From the human T2T-CHM13v2.0 reference genome, Homo sapiens: 64,000 nucleotides of DNA. The position numbers were made by a program, and so were the translations under genes. The first letter of the stretch is position 1; the number at the start of each line of letters is the position of its first letter. Of the stretch, positions 16,050 through 28,300 are shown in pieces. Location of the stretch: assembly GCF_009914755.1 (NCBI RefSeq), contig NC_060928.1. One strand, written 5' to 3'. The notes beneath the pieces were generated by a model. The model did no database searches. It was not told where the DNA came from and was given only the letters and a program-made list of their open reading frames with translations.

Positions 16050-17790
16050 CAGAATGAATCAACCTTAAGTCACACTGAATAGAAGTCAAGGATCATTAGA
16101 CCTTTGAGAACATGAAAGACTAAATAAAATAAATGAGATGAAGAACTCTGAGTAAAAAATTTCCCCAAAGCTGTAATTAATATTCTCAGAAAGGAACAAT
16201 TACATCCGTGAAATGAGAACAGAAATTTTATTTTTAAAAATCTTCAGAAAATAAATAAGAGGATTAAGAGTATATAATACTTGTATTCATTTGAAGTACT
16301 GGAAATTAAACCTGGAGGAAACAACTGTCAGAAAAACAGAACAAAAAGGTAACTACATGGAAAATAAGGAAGAAGTACCATATTAGTCTGTTCTCATACT
16401 TCTATACAGAAACTGCTGAGACTGGGTAACTTATAAAGAAAAGAGGTTTAATTGGCTCATGGTTCTGCAGGGGGTACAGGAAGCATTGCCGGATCTGCTT
16501 CTTGGGGAGGTCTCAGGAAACTTACAACCATGGCCAAAGGTGAAGCAGAAGCAGGCACGTCTTATATGGCTGAGACAAGAGCAAAAGAGGGCAGGGGAGA
16601 AGCTACACACTCTTAAACAACCAGATCTCACAATAACTTACTACCACGAGAACAGCACCAAAGGGATGGTGTTAAACCATTCAAGAAGAATGCACCCCCA
16701 TGATAAAATTGCCTCCCAACAGGCCTCACCTCCAACACTGGGGACTGCAATTGAACATGGGATGTGGTGGAGACACAGACCCAAACCATATCAAGTACCT
16801 GCACCAAGGCATACATTAGTAAAGTTTCAGAACATCATGGATTGTTTTTAAACCTCAAAAACTCCCAAGGGTAACAAACATGCTGCATGGAAAAAAATCA
16901 GAAATCAAAAAGGCATACCACTAAGCACTAGAAGATAACTGGCAAGTCTTCAAAATTCTCAGGAAAAACTAATTTCGAACTAGTCTTCTATATCCATCTC
17001 ATATATTAATTTGAAAAATAGTATATAGACATACAATCTTTTAAGACTATTACCTTCCAAATATCAGAGTAAGTTCCTTGGAGAACACACTTCAAGAAAA
17101 CCAAAGAGTAAAGAGGAAAACGTGAAATCAAAGAAACAGGAGTGTCCATTTCTTTAAAAGGCAGTTAGAATTTCAAAGATAATACATCTTATAGTAATAT
17201 ATTATCCTAAGAACAATCTCAGAAAATATTTGCTCCAGATTGGTGCCTTAGACTTCACAGTGTGCTTAACCACATTGAAAGAGCTATAGAAACTAAGTAA
17301 ACAAAAAACAAAGCAATTATTACCTTCAACAAAAACGAAAAGTTATATAAGAAAGAAATTGTGATAATCATAGTAAATCATACGGCTTAGACATTGGTCT
17401 AGCCATTATCTATAATAAATTTGTAAACATCAAATATTGAGTAGCAAAAATGATCACTATATCTATTCTAGTCAAATGGGGAAAAGGAATTATGGGAGTG
17501 AGTATAAGGGATTGAGTTAGTGTGAGAAAGTGAAATGCTCATTTTTCAGAGTAGAGAGTCAAAAACTAGTACATAACATTTCAAAATCAAGAACTAGTCA
17601 TATATGTTTGAAACTTAAAAATAAGAAGGTAAATGTTAGAATAAATGGTTAAAAGAGTTGAAAGGTGCTATCTTTGTTACGGAGATACTGGGGTTGTTCT
17701 GCTTGAACAGGAGACTGGTATTTTTCATTATAAATCACTGATTTTTTATAAGGTCTTAATTTGATATAAACAAAAATCAAATTTTTAATA
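16050..17790 (+). mobile_element. HAL1-like (half-L1) element split by an MST LTR
   Basis: taattaatattctcagaaagg...catccgtgaaatgagaacag and caaggcatacattagtaaagtttcagaac ORF1-like remnants; L1M-type 3' end without ORF2. Confidence 0.55.
16379..16793 (-). mobile_element. MST (MSTA/B) MaLR solo LTR
   Basis: Ends ccaaaccatatca; 5-bp TSD agtac (16374-16378 / 16794-16798). Confidence 0.92.
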
Positions 17791-18019
17791 AAAAGAGCCT
17801 AGTGATTATTTTAGCAAACAAATAAGATTACTATAATTATAATTTCTCACTTGTACAAGTTTAATATTTTCCTTCATCTCCCTTTCCATCTGAACTGCTT
17901 TTTTTGCCAGATTAATCTTTCCACAGAGCAGCTCAAATCATGTTGTTTTGCTTAAAAACTTTAAGTGGCTAAACTCATTAATTTAGCATTGGAGATCTTC
18001 ACAACTTATTTTCCATCTA

Positions 18020-18145
18020 TTTTTCCTTCCATTAATCAACAGATATTTATTTGTGGAGCAATTGCTGCATGTTCTGTTGGAAGCAAAGAGGATATAATGA
18101 TGAACAAGGCAGATATAATTCAGGTGTTCAAGACACTTAAATTCA
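18020..18145 (-). mobile_element. L2 fragment
   Basis: ccattaatcaacagatatttattt...gatataatgatgaacaaggcag. Confidence 0.55.
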
Positions 18146-18394
18146 ACATACTTCTGCTAACATCCTCTTTTCCTAGGCCTTTGTTCTAAACTTTTGACTT
18201 GTCAGTCTTCTACTTCGTCTTCAAGTATGCGTGTACAAGCTCTGGTTGTACCTCAAGGCAGAATACAAATGCTACTTCCTTAACAAAGTCCCCAGGTGGA
18301 AGTTCATTTTTCTATTCCAAATGTCCTTTGAACTTTAGCCTCACAGCTTTTATGCGTTTTCTCACTATTACAGCAACTCACAAATGTGTTATCA

Positions 18395-18505
18395 TCCCAA
18401 CTAGAACTTGGGTTCCTTGAGAAGGGGGGTCCCTGAAAGACACATTTTTATATACGCTACGGTTCCCCTGCACATGGTAGATACTTAATAAAGTATTACC
18501 TGGAT
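18395..18505 (+). mobile_element. L2 3' end
   Basis: ctagaacttgggttccttgag...gcacatggtagatacttaataaa. Confidence 0.55.
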
Positions 18506-18910
18506 CATCCATTTGGCATTTGGATAGTTTTACCTACAACATCAGAATACCATTTTAATAGTGGCTTATATACTAAGACATTTACTTTTTATTCTTTGTT
18601 AAATGTTTCATTATAGAATAGTTTTAGATTTACAGAAAAATTGCAAAGATAGTACAGAAAGCTCCCATGTACCTCATGCACAGCTTTCCCTATTATTAAC
18701 ACTGCACCTTTGGCACAATTAATTAATTAATATTTATACATTATTATTAATTAGTATCCATAATTTGTATGGATTTCCTTAATTTTTACTTAATGTTCTT
18801 TTTTCTTTTCCTGGATGCCATCCAAGATACCACATTTCATTTAGTTGTCAAGTCTTCTTAGACTTCTCTTGGCTGTGACAGTTTCTCAGACTTTTCTTGT
18901 TTTTGATGAC

Positions 18911-19133
18911 AGTATTACTTTTCTTTTGCTGTAGTAAAATATTACCACAAACTTAGTGGCTTAAAATAATCCAAATTTATTATCTCCCAGTTCTGTAGGC
19001 TATAAGCCTAATATAGGTCTAACTGGGCTGAAATCAATGTGTCAGGAAGGCTTTATCCTTTCTGGAGGCTCTAGGGAAGAGTCTATTTCCTTGTCTTTTC
19101 CAGCACCTAGGGGCTATTCACATTCCTACCATA
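18911..19133 (-). mobile_element. MLT1D-like LTR with internal deletion
   Basis: ttaccacaaacttagtggcttaaaa...ctctagggaagag; both termini retained; TSD atgac. Confidence 0.8.
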
Positions 19134-19374
19134 ATGACCCTTGATAGTTTGGAGTAGTATTGTTCAAGTATTTTATTGAATGTCTCTCAATGGGGATGTG
19201 CCTGGTATTAATATTTTTCTCATGATTAGACTTGGGTATGGTTGGGTTGGAGGGGGGAGCATCACAGAGGTAATGTAACACTCTCATCACCAAACAAGTG
19301 TACATGATTTATCAGCATGACTTACCACTGTTGCTGTGAGCCCTGACCACCTGGCTAAGGCAACATTAGCCAGA

Positions 19375-19912
19375 GGTAGTAGACAGAATACTAGCCCCCG
19401 CCCCCGGCAAATGTCTCTATGCCCTAATCCCTGGAATCTGTGAATATGTCAGGTTACATGACAAAAGGAAATTAAGATTACTAATGGACTTAAGCATTGC
19501 AATCAATGGACCTTCTGATAGGAAGGTTATCCCAAATTACCTGGGTAGGCCCAATGCAATCAAAAGGAAGAAGAGAGAGTCAGAGGAAAAGAAGAAAGCA
19601 GATGAAGGAAGTAGGTCCAAGTGATGTGATGTGAGAAGAACTGGACCTGTTGTTTTATGGCTTTAAAGATAAAGAAAGGGGACCATGAGCCAAGGAATGT
19701 GGGCAGCCTCTAGAAGCTGGAGAAGGCAAGGAAACTGATTCTTTCCTGAAGCCCCCCAAAAAGAATGCAGCCCTGTCCACATCCCTGCTAAGACCTTGAT
19801 GTTAGTCCAGTGTTAGACTTCTAACCCCAAAACTGTAAGGTAATAAAGTTTTATTGTTTTACATCACTAACTTTGTGATCACTTGTTACAGCACCAAAAG
19901 AAAACTAATACA
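19375..19912 (+). mobile_element. MLT1D-like solo LTR
   Basis: ctaatccctggaatctgtgaatatg...gagccaaggaatgtgggcagcctctagaagctgg...aactaataca. Confidence 0.88.
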
Positions 19913-20329
19913 TTGGGCTTTTCCACTGAGAAGTTACTCTCTTCAACCTCTTTCCATACTCTACTCTTTGGAGAGAGGCTACTTGTGCACCGTCCATACT
20001 TAAGAAGTAGGAGTTATCCTCCGCTCCCTTGGGGCTGGAGCAGCTACATAAACTCTTTGAAATTCTTCTGCAGAAGAAATTTGTTTGTCTTCCCCCATTT
20101 GTTTATTTATTTAGTCATTTAGATCAGTATGGGCTCATGGATATTTATGAATATTTAGGATTATAACCCAATATTGCCTCATTTGTTTTATTGCTCCAAT
20201 TTTTTTTTTTAGTTTTAGCTATTGACAGCTTTTTCAGTTGGCTTCTGTGTCTCTTTGACATACCTCTACAGTTGCAGGGTTTTTTGAGCATTTCCTTATT
20301 TTCTGGCACTACAATGTGGTCCATACTTG

Positions 20330-20770
20330 TAAAGTCTGATGGTGGAATATGCAGGTTAGTTCAGTAGCTCCACGGTATCATCAGAACATGCCTCTTTCTT
20401 TTTGCTCTGCTATCCACAAAGTGCCAATAATGTATCCTTTTATGATCACGTGTTGTCTCCAGAACTTCAAGCATTACAATATCATTCCAAAGTCTTCCCA
20501 AGCAGGAAGAGGGCAGGAGCAAAAGAGCTTCCTTCTTTTGTGCCTCTCTCTTATAAGGATGCTAAATCCTGAAAAGCTTCCATTAGATCTCCATTTACGT
20601 TCCCTTGGCCAAAACTGGGTCACATGACCATTCCTGGCCCAGTTACTAGCAAAAAGATCTCCATGACTGGTTTTGACTGATCATGTCCACTGGGGCTGGA
20701 TACAATATCTAACCCCTGCCACCAAAAATAAACAAATTGGAATTTGCTTGCAAAAAAGAGGGAAGGAATG
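20330..20770 (-). mobile_element. Old MLT1 (K/L-like) LTR, main part; its start lies near 18535-18590
   Basis: ccttggccaaaactgggtcacatgacc and aacaaattggaatttgcttgcaaaaaagagggaagg motifs. Confidence 0.6.
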
Positions 20771-21084
20771 TAGTTTGTTCTTCAGTGGGCAAAAACTCTG
20801 CATTTGACTAACAGATAATCTGTTTCATCTTGCTTTATTTTTAATATGAAATGAATTTGAAAGACATAGCAGAAACACTGCACTGACTCATTAATCATCA
20901 CATTTAAAAATACATTTCTTATGGTCTTGACAAGTATTGACAGCTGAAAAGACAAAAGCATACTTTTCACATTGAAACAAAAAAAAATTTTTTTTTAAGT
21001 TAGAAGCCTTAAAGGGAAAGTTACTTATTTCAGGGCTTTGCAATACATATCCCAATTAAGATTCTCAAAAATCAGATTTACAAG

Positions 21085-21550
21085 GTGACTTAACTGTTTT
21101 TGTTTTGTTTTTGATGTGTCAACTTATCTAGGCTACACTGTCCAGTTATTCAATCAATAACTCCTAACCAGTTGACTTTGAGTATGGTAGATTATCCAGG
21201 TAATCTAAATGGTCATGACTGAATGAGCTAGAAAAACTTAAAAGCAAGGCTGATGTTGCACTGAGAGAGAAGAAATTCTGCCTATGGAGAGTAGCTCCCA
21301 CTCATGCCCATATGTTGGAGCTTACCCACGAGCTTCCTTTCCTTATTGCCTGCCCAGTGGATTTCAGACTCACTTAACCAGCTCCCACAGTCCAGTAAGC
21401 CTATTCCTTGTAATAAATCTCTCTTTCTCCCTCCCTTTTCCTCCACCTCATCTAGCTTTCTAGCTATCTACTACCTATCTATCATCCATCTATCTGTCTA
21501 TGTATTCATTCTACTAGTTCTGCTTCTTGGGCTGAACACTGACTGAAACA
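21085..21550 (+). mobile_element. MLT2D-like ERVL LTR
   Basis: tgtgtcaacttatctaggctac...cagttgactttgag...aataaatctct...ctgactgaaaca. Confidence 0.8.
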
Positions 21551-22279
21551 CTTAGAGACAAACTACTTCAGACAAGATCATCTTCTGGTTCTGTATTCTA
21601 GTAACATTCCTTCTTCACCCCAATAAAAATGCTTTTTCTCTGAAAATTGCAGTAACTCACATAGACAAAGAATTAGCAGTTTTATTGTGATCCATTCAGT
21701 GTTTAGTGTACTCTACCTAAGACACATTCTCCAGAAGAAAATTTCTTCCAAGCTTGGCTAAATTAGAAGGGAGGATTTGAGGAAGGGTTGTTATGAGGAA
21801 AAACTAGGGCAGAGTGCAGAAGGTGAGGACACATTCACAAGATGAAAAAGAATACATGTTGACTTTTTGACAAAATAAATATGTCAAAAACATCTGCTGA
21901 TCTTTGGTGTTTTGAGTACTCCACAGGCTTGTTGACACAATGCTAGAAGTAAACAGGAATCCAAAGCTGACTGATTCCAACTCTGGCCTTTCAACAGGGG
22001 CCAAACAGCAGTGCTTGCTTTTATTTATTTGAAAACAACTCCTCTGGCTTCCTTAGTTGTGATGATACTCCAACCCTTCTTCTTTCCGGGACAGTTATTC
22101 AGATTTATTGCTTATCTTAAGAGTAATTCATGAACCACAGAAATTATTCTTTCCTATGAATCCATCTCAGGCAGTATCTTCAGATGAAAATCTCATGTTC
22201 TTTGTATCTTACTGTCACCAGAGTAGCACAGGGTTTGAAGACAGAATACCTAGGTTTGAGGCCTGTCAAATCTTGTATC

Positions 22280-22495
22280 AGAACACTCTCTATAGCCCTT
22301 TCCTCTTTATTTTTCACCATAATACTCACTACATTCTTACAGTCAATATATCTATTCGTTCCATTGGTTGTCTATCTCCCCTACTAGAATACAAACTCCA
22401 AGAAGGCTAGGATTTTCCTCCATGAAATCACTGCCATATCCCAGTATGCAGTGCAGTTCCTAAACATAGTACATGCTAACTATTGAATGAACAAA
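22280..22495 (+). mobile_element. L2a 3' end
   Basis: ctcccctactagaatacaaactcc...catagtacatgct...ttgaatgaacaaa. Confidence 0.7.
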
Positions 22496-23269
22496 GCTCA
22501 CTCTGTTACTCTATCTGTCATGTGGACATAATAATAGAATCTGATTTACTACATTATTATGAGGGGAAAATATTAATACCTGTGACACTCTGGGATATCT
22601 CAGTTAGCCTGAACTCAAACTTTCTATAAGGATTTCAACATCTGCTTCTTTCCAAACAGAGGATATGGAAGATAGAAAAATATGGAGCAGAAATAAAGCA
22701 TTAATTAATTTTAGCCTTGCTCAGAATTTACTATTCTGCTATCTATAATTTTTTAATTCTTTATCTACAACATTGTTGTGGGCTGTAATTCATTGAGAAT
22801 TTTGTCTGTTCGCTTTAAACTGTCCTCACACTAATTAGGGATTTAGGAAGAGCCTCTGCTGCTTATCATTTAGTCAAGTCAGTCAGCCAGTCAACAAGTA
22901 GGATAATTGCTGCCTGGCTTGATGCTGTAAGTGCTGAAGTATTAAAGATCAATAACATATTTGTTCCAGTAACTAATAATAATATCAGGCAAATTTTATT
23001 CAGACATAACCCAAATACCTTAGGTTGCACTTGGCAGTTTATATCTCTTATTCTTTCTTTAGTGGAAATGAAAAAGAAAAAAAAAGATATTCCCCCCTGC
23101 AATAAAATACTGAACAGAGCTTGCAAATAAACTCATTCGAATATTCAGATTTTAACCCTGAGACCAAAAAAACACAGAAATTTGCAAGGCTTCATTCTCT
23201 AATTCCCCATAATTGAGAATGAATGATCCAATGTTAAATAAAATATATTCATGCATTAAGTTCATAGGA

Positions 23270-23400
23270 ACATAAACAAGAATGTTAACAGTGGTTCTCT
23301 CTGGGTCATGGGCGATGTTTGTTGTTGTTGATATCTTTATTTTTTTCTGCAGTGAACATGCATTATTCATATGCTAATAATAAAAAGAAAAAAGTATTTT
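23270..23400 (+). mobile_element. L1ME 3'-terminal fragment
   Basis: aatgttaacagtggttctctctggg...cagtgaacatgcatta. Confidence 0.55.
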
Positions 23401-25398
23401 TTCTTTAAAATTGCATTTTAGATATTGGGGTAATAGAAATTTTGCAACTGTCTGCAAAGTCTTGTTACCATTAACTAAGTAGAATAAGGGGGAAAGGTAA
23501 AAAACCAAACAGGAGTTTAAAACTTGAAAATAGATAACCACAGGTCATATAAGAAATGTGCAGTCAAAAGTTCAATAAACAAACTGTTTTGGCAGCACAG
23601 TTAACTCAAACCATTTATAAGCAACTTCTCTTGGCCCTTCTGATATTTTCCCATAAACACTAGGATATCACTGTGTTTAGGGACTGCCAGGCTATTGGCA
23701 GGGGACAAAACACAAAGCACATTTTTTACTAATACTATTTTATTTTAAAATGCAATTGATCTTAAGGTACCTCCACAATTGCAAATTGGGGGCTTTTCAA
23801 GTAATTTATAGGGAAAAACTCTGAAGTTTATCTTTGAAATGAAATGAAATAATACCTGCACTTCCTACTTTGGGGAAATTTTATGTTAAATCACGCCAAC
23901 AGGCAGAGATGACAAAACATCCAGAAATATTTAAGATTTCATTTCTCTTCCTGATAACGACAAGGTTCATTTTGTGCTCTCAGAGGGGAAATCAAATCTG
24001 ATTTACAGTCAACTACCTCAGAGCCATGATCCACATTTCATATTCTTTAAGCAGCCTCAGCATAGCAGCGATATTACTGTCCTTTCACAATGGGGCTGAT
24101 CAACTGCCAAAGGCCTGAAAAATCATCAAATGCTTTCATTTAAAACTACCTGTTTCTTTATCATGATAAAGCATGATGCGCAGCATGTGGCAAAGTATCA
24201 TAATTTTATTGGCAAAAGGAAGCTTGATTTACACAATCTTTATTTGAAAGGGAAAACAGTAGCAGTGAAAGGGACAGACTACATCTAGATGTATTCTTCC
24301 ATTCATCTCACTTTCCCTCCTTTCTTTGTTTCACCTAACCAGCAAAATATCTCACTCCCTTCCTTGGCCCTGTCTGAGAAAAGCTCAAGAAAGATAACCA
24401 GAAAAGCATCTGAAAAGTAACATTGATCATCCTTATTCTCATAATCCTCAAATTACAATTCTGATCTTGAACCCCAAGCAGGCCAGCAGTAAGCTAAAAG
24501 GAAATGTTAGTGAACAGGCAATGAATTTAAACGTCCAGCAGAAAAGGAATTAAAATGCCTAATCACCCTACCAAGCTCATAAGATGTAGCAAAGCAAATG
24601 CTACCTGCCTGAGATTGAATTACCGTTTGGAGCAAAGATTGTTTGCATCTCTTTAAAGATATGTGGGGGTCATATTTTATTGTTTCTAGTTTTCTATTGG
24701 AGCTAGATCCAACTTAGTCAAAATTGTGGTGCCTGATAAAACTCCCAGGGGCACATCCACATTCCCAAGTCTGCCCCAAGTCATCATTATGGCCCATTTG
24801 GCTTTTCCTTTTTCCTCTTCACAACTGCCATAAATTTCAATGATAAGATTTGGAAGTGGAATAAGGAAGGTAAGAGATAATTTTCTGTGTTCTTGAAGAG
24901 ATACCAAGATAAAGAATATACTTTATCCATCAATGTTTTCCTCTTGGATAACTGAGGGCAGAAAGTTAAAAAAAAAAAAATGTTTGGAAAGCCAGGTTGG
25001 TGATTCAAGGAAACTTTATAAAAGCAAAACAAAACAGCATGGTGAATACTAACTTTAACACAAAGCATAACTAATTGCCCATTTTTCCTTTTCCAGAACC
25101 TGAAATCATTTGAAAGAGTTGTATCAAACTTCCTTTGCCTTTCTGCTCAAAATCATTACCTCTTTTTAGAATCATACATTCCCTACCAAGACCTGGACTC
25201 TTGCCATTCACAGAAGACCAACATAGCTTTCTATTTAGTAATTTAGTCTTGTTATTGGACCACTTTTTAATTTAAAACATTTAAAGTTCAACTATGTCCC
25301 TTTATCTCAGAATTACTAGGAAATGCAGAACTAAAATTATTCATATGGCCAACCCCTTCTATGCAGAGAAAAAAATTTAAAAGTAAAAATAATGTTGC

Positions 25399-28300
25399 AT
25401 GAAGGAAAAATGCTTTCCCAGATAAACAAAAGTTGAGAGATTTCATCAACACCAGACCTGTCCTACAAACAATGCTAAAGGAAATATTTCAATCTGAAAG
25501 AAAACAATGTTAATGAGCAATAAAAACATCATCTGAGGGTACAAAACTCCCTGGTATAGTAAGTACACAACAAAACCCAGAATACTATAGTACTGTAATT
25601 GTGGTATATAAATTTCTTATATCTTAAGTAGACAGACTAAAAGATGAACCAATCAGAAAAAATTACTACAACTTTTCAAGACATTCGTAGACAGTACAAT
25701 AAGATATAAATACAAACAACAAAACATTAAAAAGTGGGAGGATGAAGTTAAAATGTAGAGTCTTCATTAGTTTTCTTTGCTTGTTTGTTTGTTTGTGCAA
25801 TCAGTGTTGAATTGCCATCAGTTTAAATTAATGGGAGTATAAGATATTATCTGCAGTCCTCATGGTAACCTTAAATCAGAAAACATGCACAGATACACAA
25901 AACCTAAGAAGCAAGAAATTAAAACATGTCACCAGTGAAAATTACCTTCATGAAAAGGAAGACAAGAAGGAAGGAAAAAAAAAAAGATAAGACCACAAAA
26001 CAACCAGAAAATAAATAACAAAATGGCAGGAGTAAGTCCTTACTTATCAATAATAACATCGAATGTAAATGGACTAAGTTCTCCAATCAAAAGATATGGA
26101 GTGGCTGAATGGATTAACAAAAAAACACCCAGTATCAGTCACCTATAACAAACACTTCACTCCATAAAGACACACATAGACTAATAAAGGGATAAAAAAA
26201 AATTGTCCATGCAAATGGAAACCAAATAAGAGCAGGAGTAGCTATACTTAGACAAAATAGACTTCAAGACAAAAACTGTAAAAAGAGATAAAGAGGGTCA
26301 CTACATAATGATAAAGGGGTCAGTTCAGCCAGGGGATATAACACTTGTAAATACATATGCAGCCAACACTGGAGATATATATATAAAGTTTGCTTTATAT
26401 ATTTGCTAATATATAAAGCAAATATTATTAGAGCTAAAAAGAGAGAGAGACCCCAATAAAATAATAGCTAGAGACCTCAACACTCCACTTATAGCCTTGG
26501 ACAGATCATCCAGACAAAAAATCAACAAGAAACGTCAGACTTAATCTGCACCACAGACCAAATGGGCCTAACAGATATCAAGCAATGGCTACAGAATACA
26601 CATTCTTCTCCTCAGTATGTGGATCATTCTCAAGGATAGACCATATGTTAGGTCACAAAACAACTCCTGAAACTTTCAAAAAATAGAAATTATATGAAGT
26701 ATTTTCTCTGACCACAGTGGAATAAAACTAGAAATCAATAACAAGAGGAATTTTGGAAACTATACAAACACATGGAAATTAAACAATATGCTCCTTAATG
26801 ACCAGTGGGTCAATGAAGAAAAAAGAAGGAAATTGAAAAATTTTTTGAAACAAATGATAATGGAAACACAACATACCAAAATCTATTGGATACACCAAAA
26901 GCAGTACTCAGAGGGAAGTTTACACCCGTAAGCACTGTATTACTCTGTTTTCACACTGCTGATAAAGACATAACTGAGACTGCGTAATTTATAAAGGAAA
27001 AGAGGTTTAATAATGTAAAGGAAAAGAGGTTAAGAGCCACTTCAGTTCCATGTGGCTGGGGAGGCCTCACAATCATGGTGGAAGACACATTTTACATGAT
27101 AGCAGGAGAGAGAGAATGAGAGTCAAGTGAAAAGGGAAATGACGTATAAAACCATCAGATTTCATGAGACTTATTCACTACCACGAGAACAATATGAGGG
27201 AAACTGCATCCATGATTCAACTGTCTTCCACTGGGTCCCTCCCACAACACATGGGAATCATTGGAGCTACAATTTAAGATGAGATTTGGCTGGGAACACA
27301 GCCAAATCCTATCACCCTATCCCTGGCGCCTCCCAAATCTCATGCCCTCACATTTCATAACCAATCATGCCTTCCCAAAAGCCTTCCAAAGGCTAAACTC
27401 ATTTCAGCATTAACTCAAAAGTCCACAGTCCAAAGTCTCATATAAGACAAGGCAAGTCCCTTCCACCTCTGAGCCAGTAAAATCAAAAGCAAGCTAGTTA
27501 CTTCCTAGATAAAATGGGGGTACAGGCATTGGATAAACACAGCCCTTCCAAATGGGAGAAATTGAGCAAAACGAAGGGGCCACAGGCCACATGCAAGTCT
27601 GAAATCTAGTGGGGCAGTCAAATCTTAAAGCTCCAAAATAACCTCCTTTGACTGAATGTCTCATATCCAGGCCATGGTGATGCAAGAGGTGGGTTCCCAT
27701 GGTCTTAGGCAGATCTACCCCTGTGGCTTTGTGGGGTATGACCTGGCTCCCAGCTGCTTTCATGGGCTGGCATTGAGTGTCTGCAGCTTCTCCAGGTGCA
27801 CAGAGCAAGCTGTCAGTGGATCTACCATCCTAGGGTCTGGAGTACAGTGGCCCTCTTCTCACAGCCCTGCTAGGCAGTGCCCAGTGGGGACTCTGTGGGG
27901 GGACTCTGACCCCTCATTTCCCTTCCACACTGCTCTAGTAGAGATGCTCCATGAGGGGCCCACCCCTGCAGCAAATTTCTGCCTGGACCAGGTGTTTTCA
28001 TACATCCTCTGAAATCTAGGTGGAGGTTCCCAAATCTCAATTCTTGACTCCTGTGTCCCCACAGGTTCAACACCACATGAAAGCTACCAAGGCTTGGGGC
28101 TTGCACCCTCTGAAGCCGTGGCCCAAGCTGTACCTTCGACCCTTTTAGTCATGGCTGGAGCAGCTGGGCCACAGGGCACCAAGTCCCTAGACTGCACACA
28201 GCAGAGGGACCCTTGGACCAGCCCACAAAACCATTCTTTTCTCCTAGGCCTCTCATCACTGTGTGATGAGAGAGGCTGCTGCAAAGGTCTCTGAAGTGTC

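Larger units (their letters stand above)
18595..20325 (-). mobile_element. L1MC-type 3' region, interrupted by two MLT1D LTRs
   Basis: tagttttagatttacagaaaaattgcaaagatagtacag...ggctgtgacagtttctcagac typical of the L1MC 3'UTR. Confidence 0.8.
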
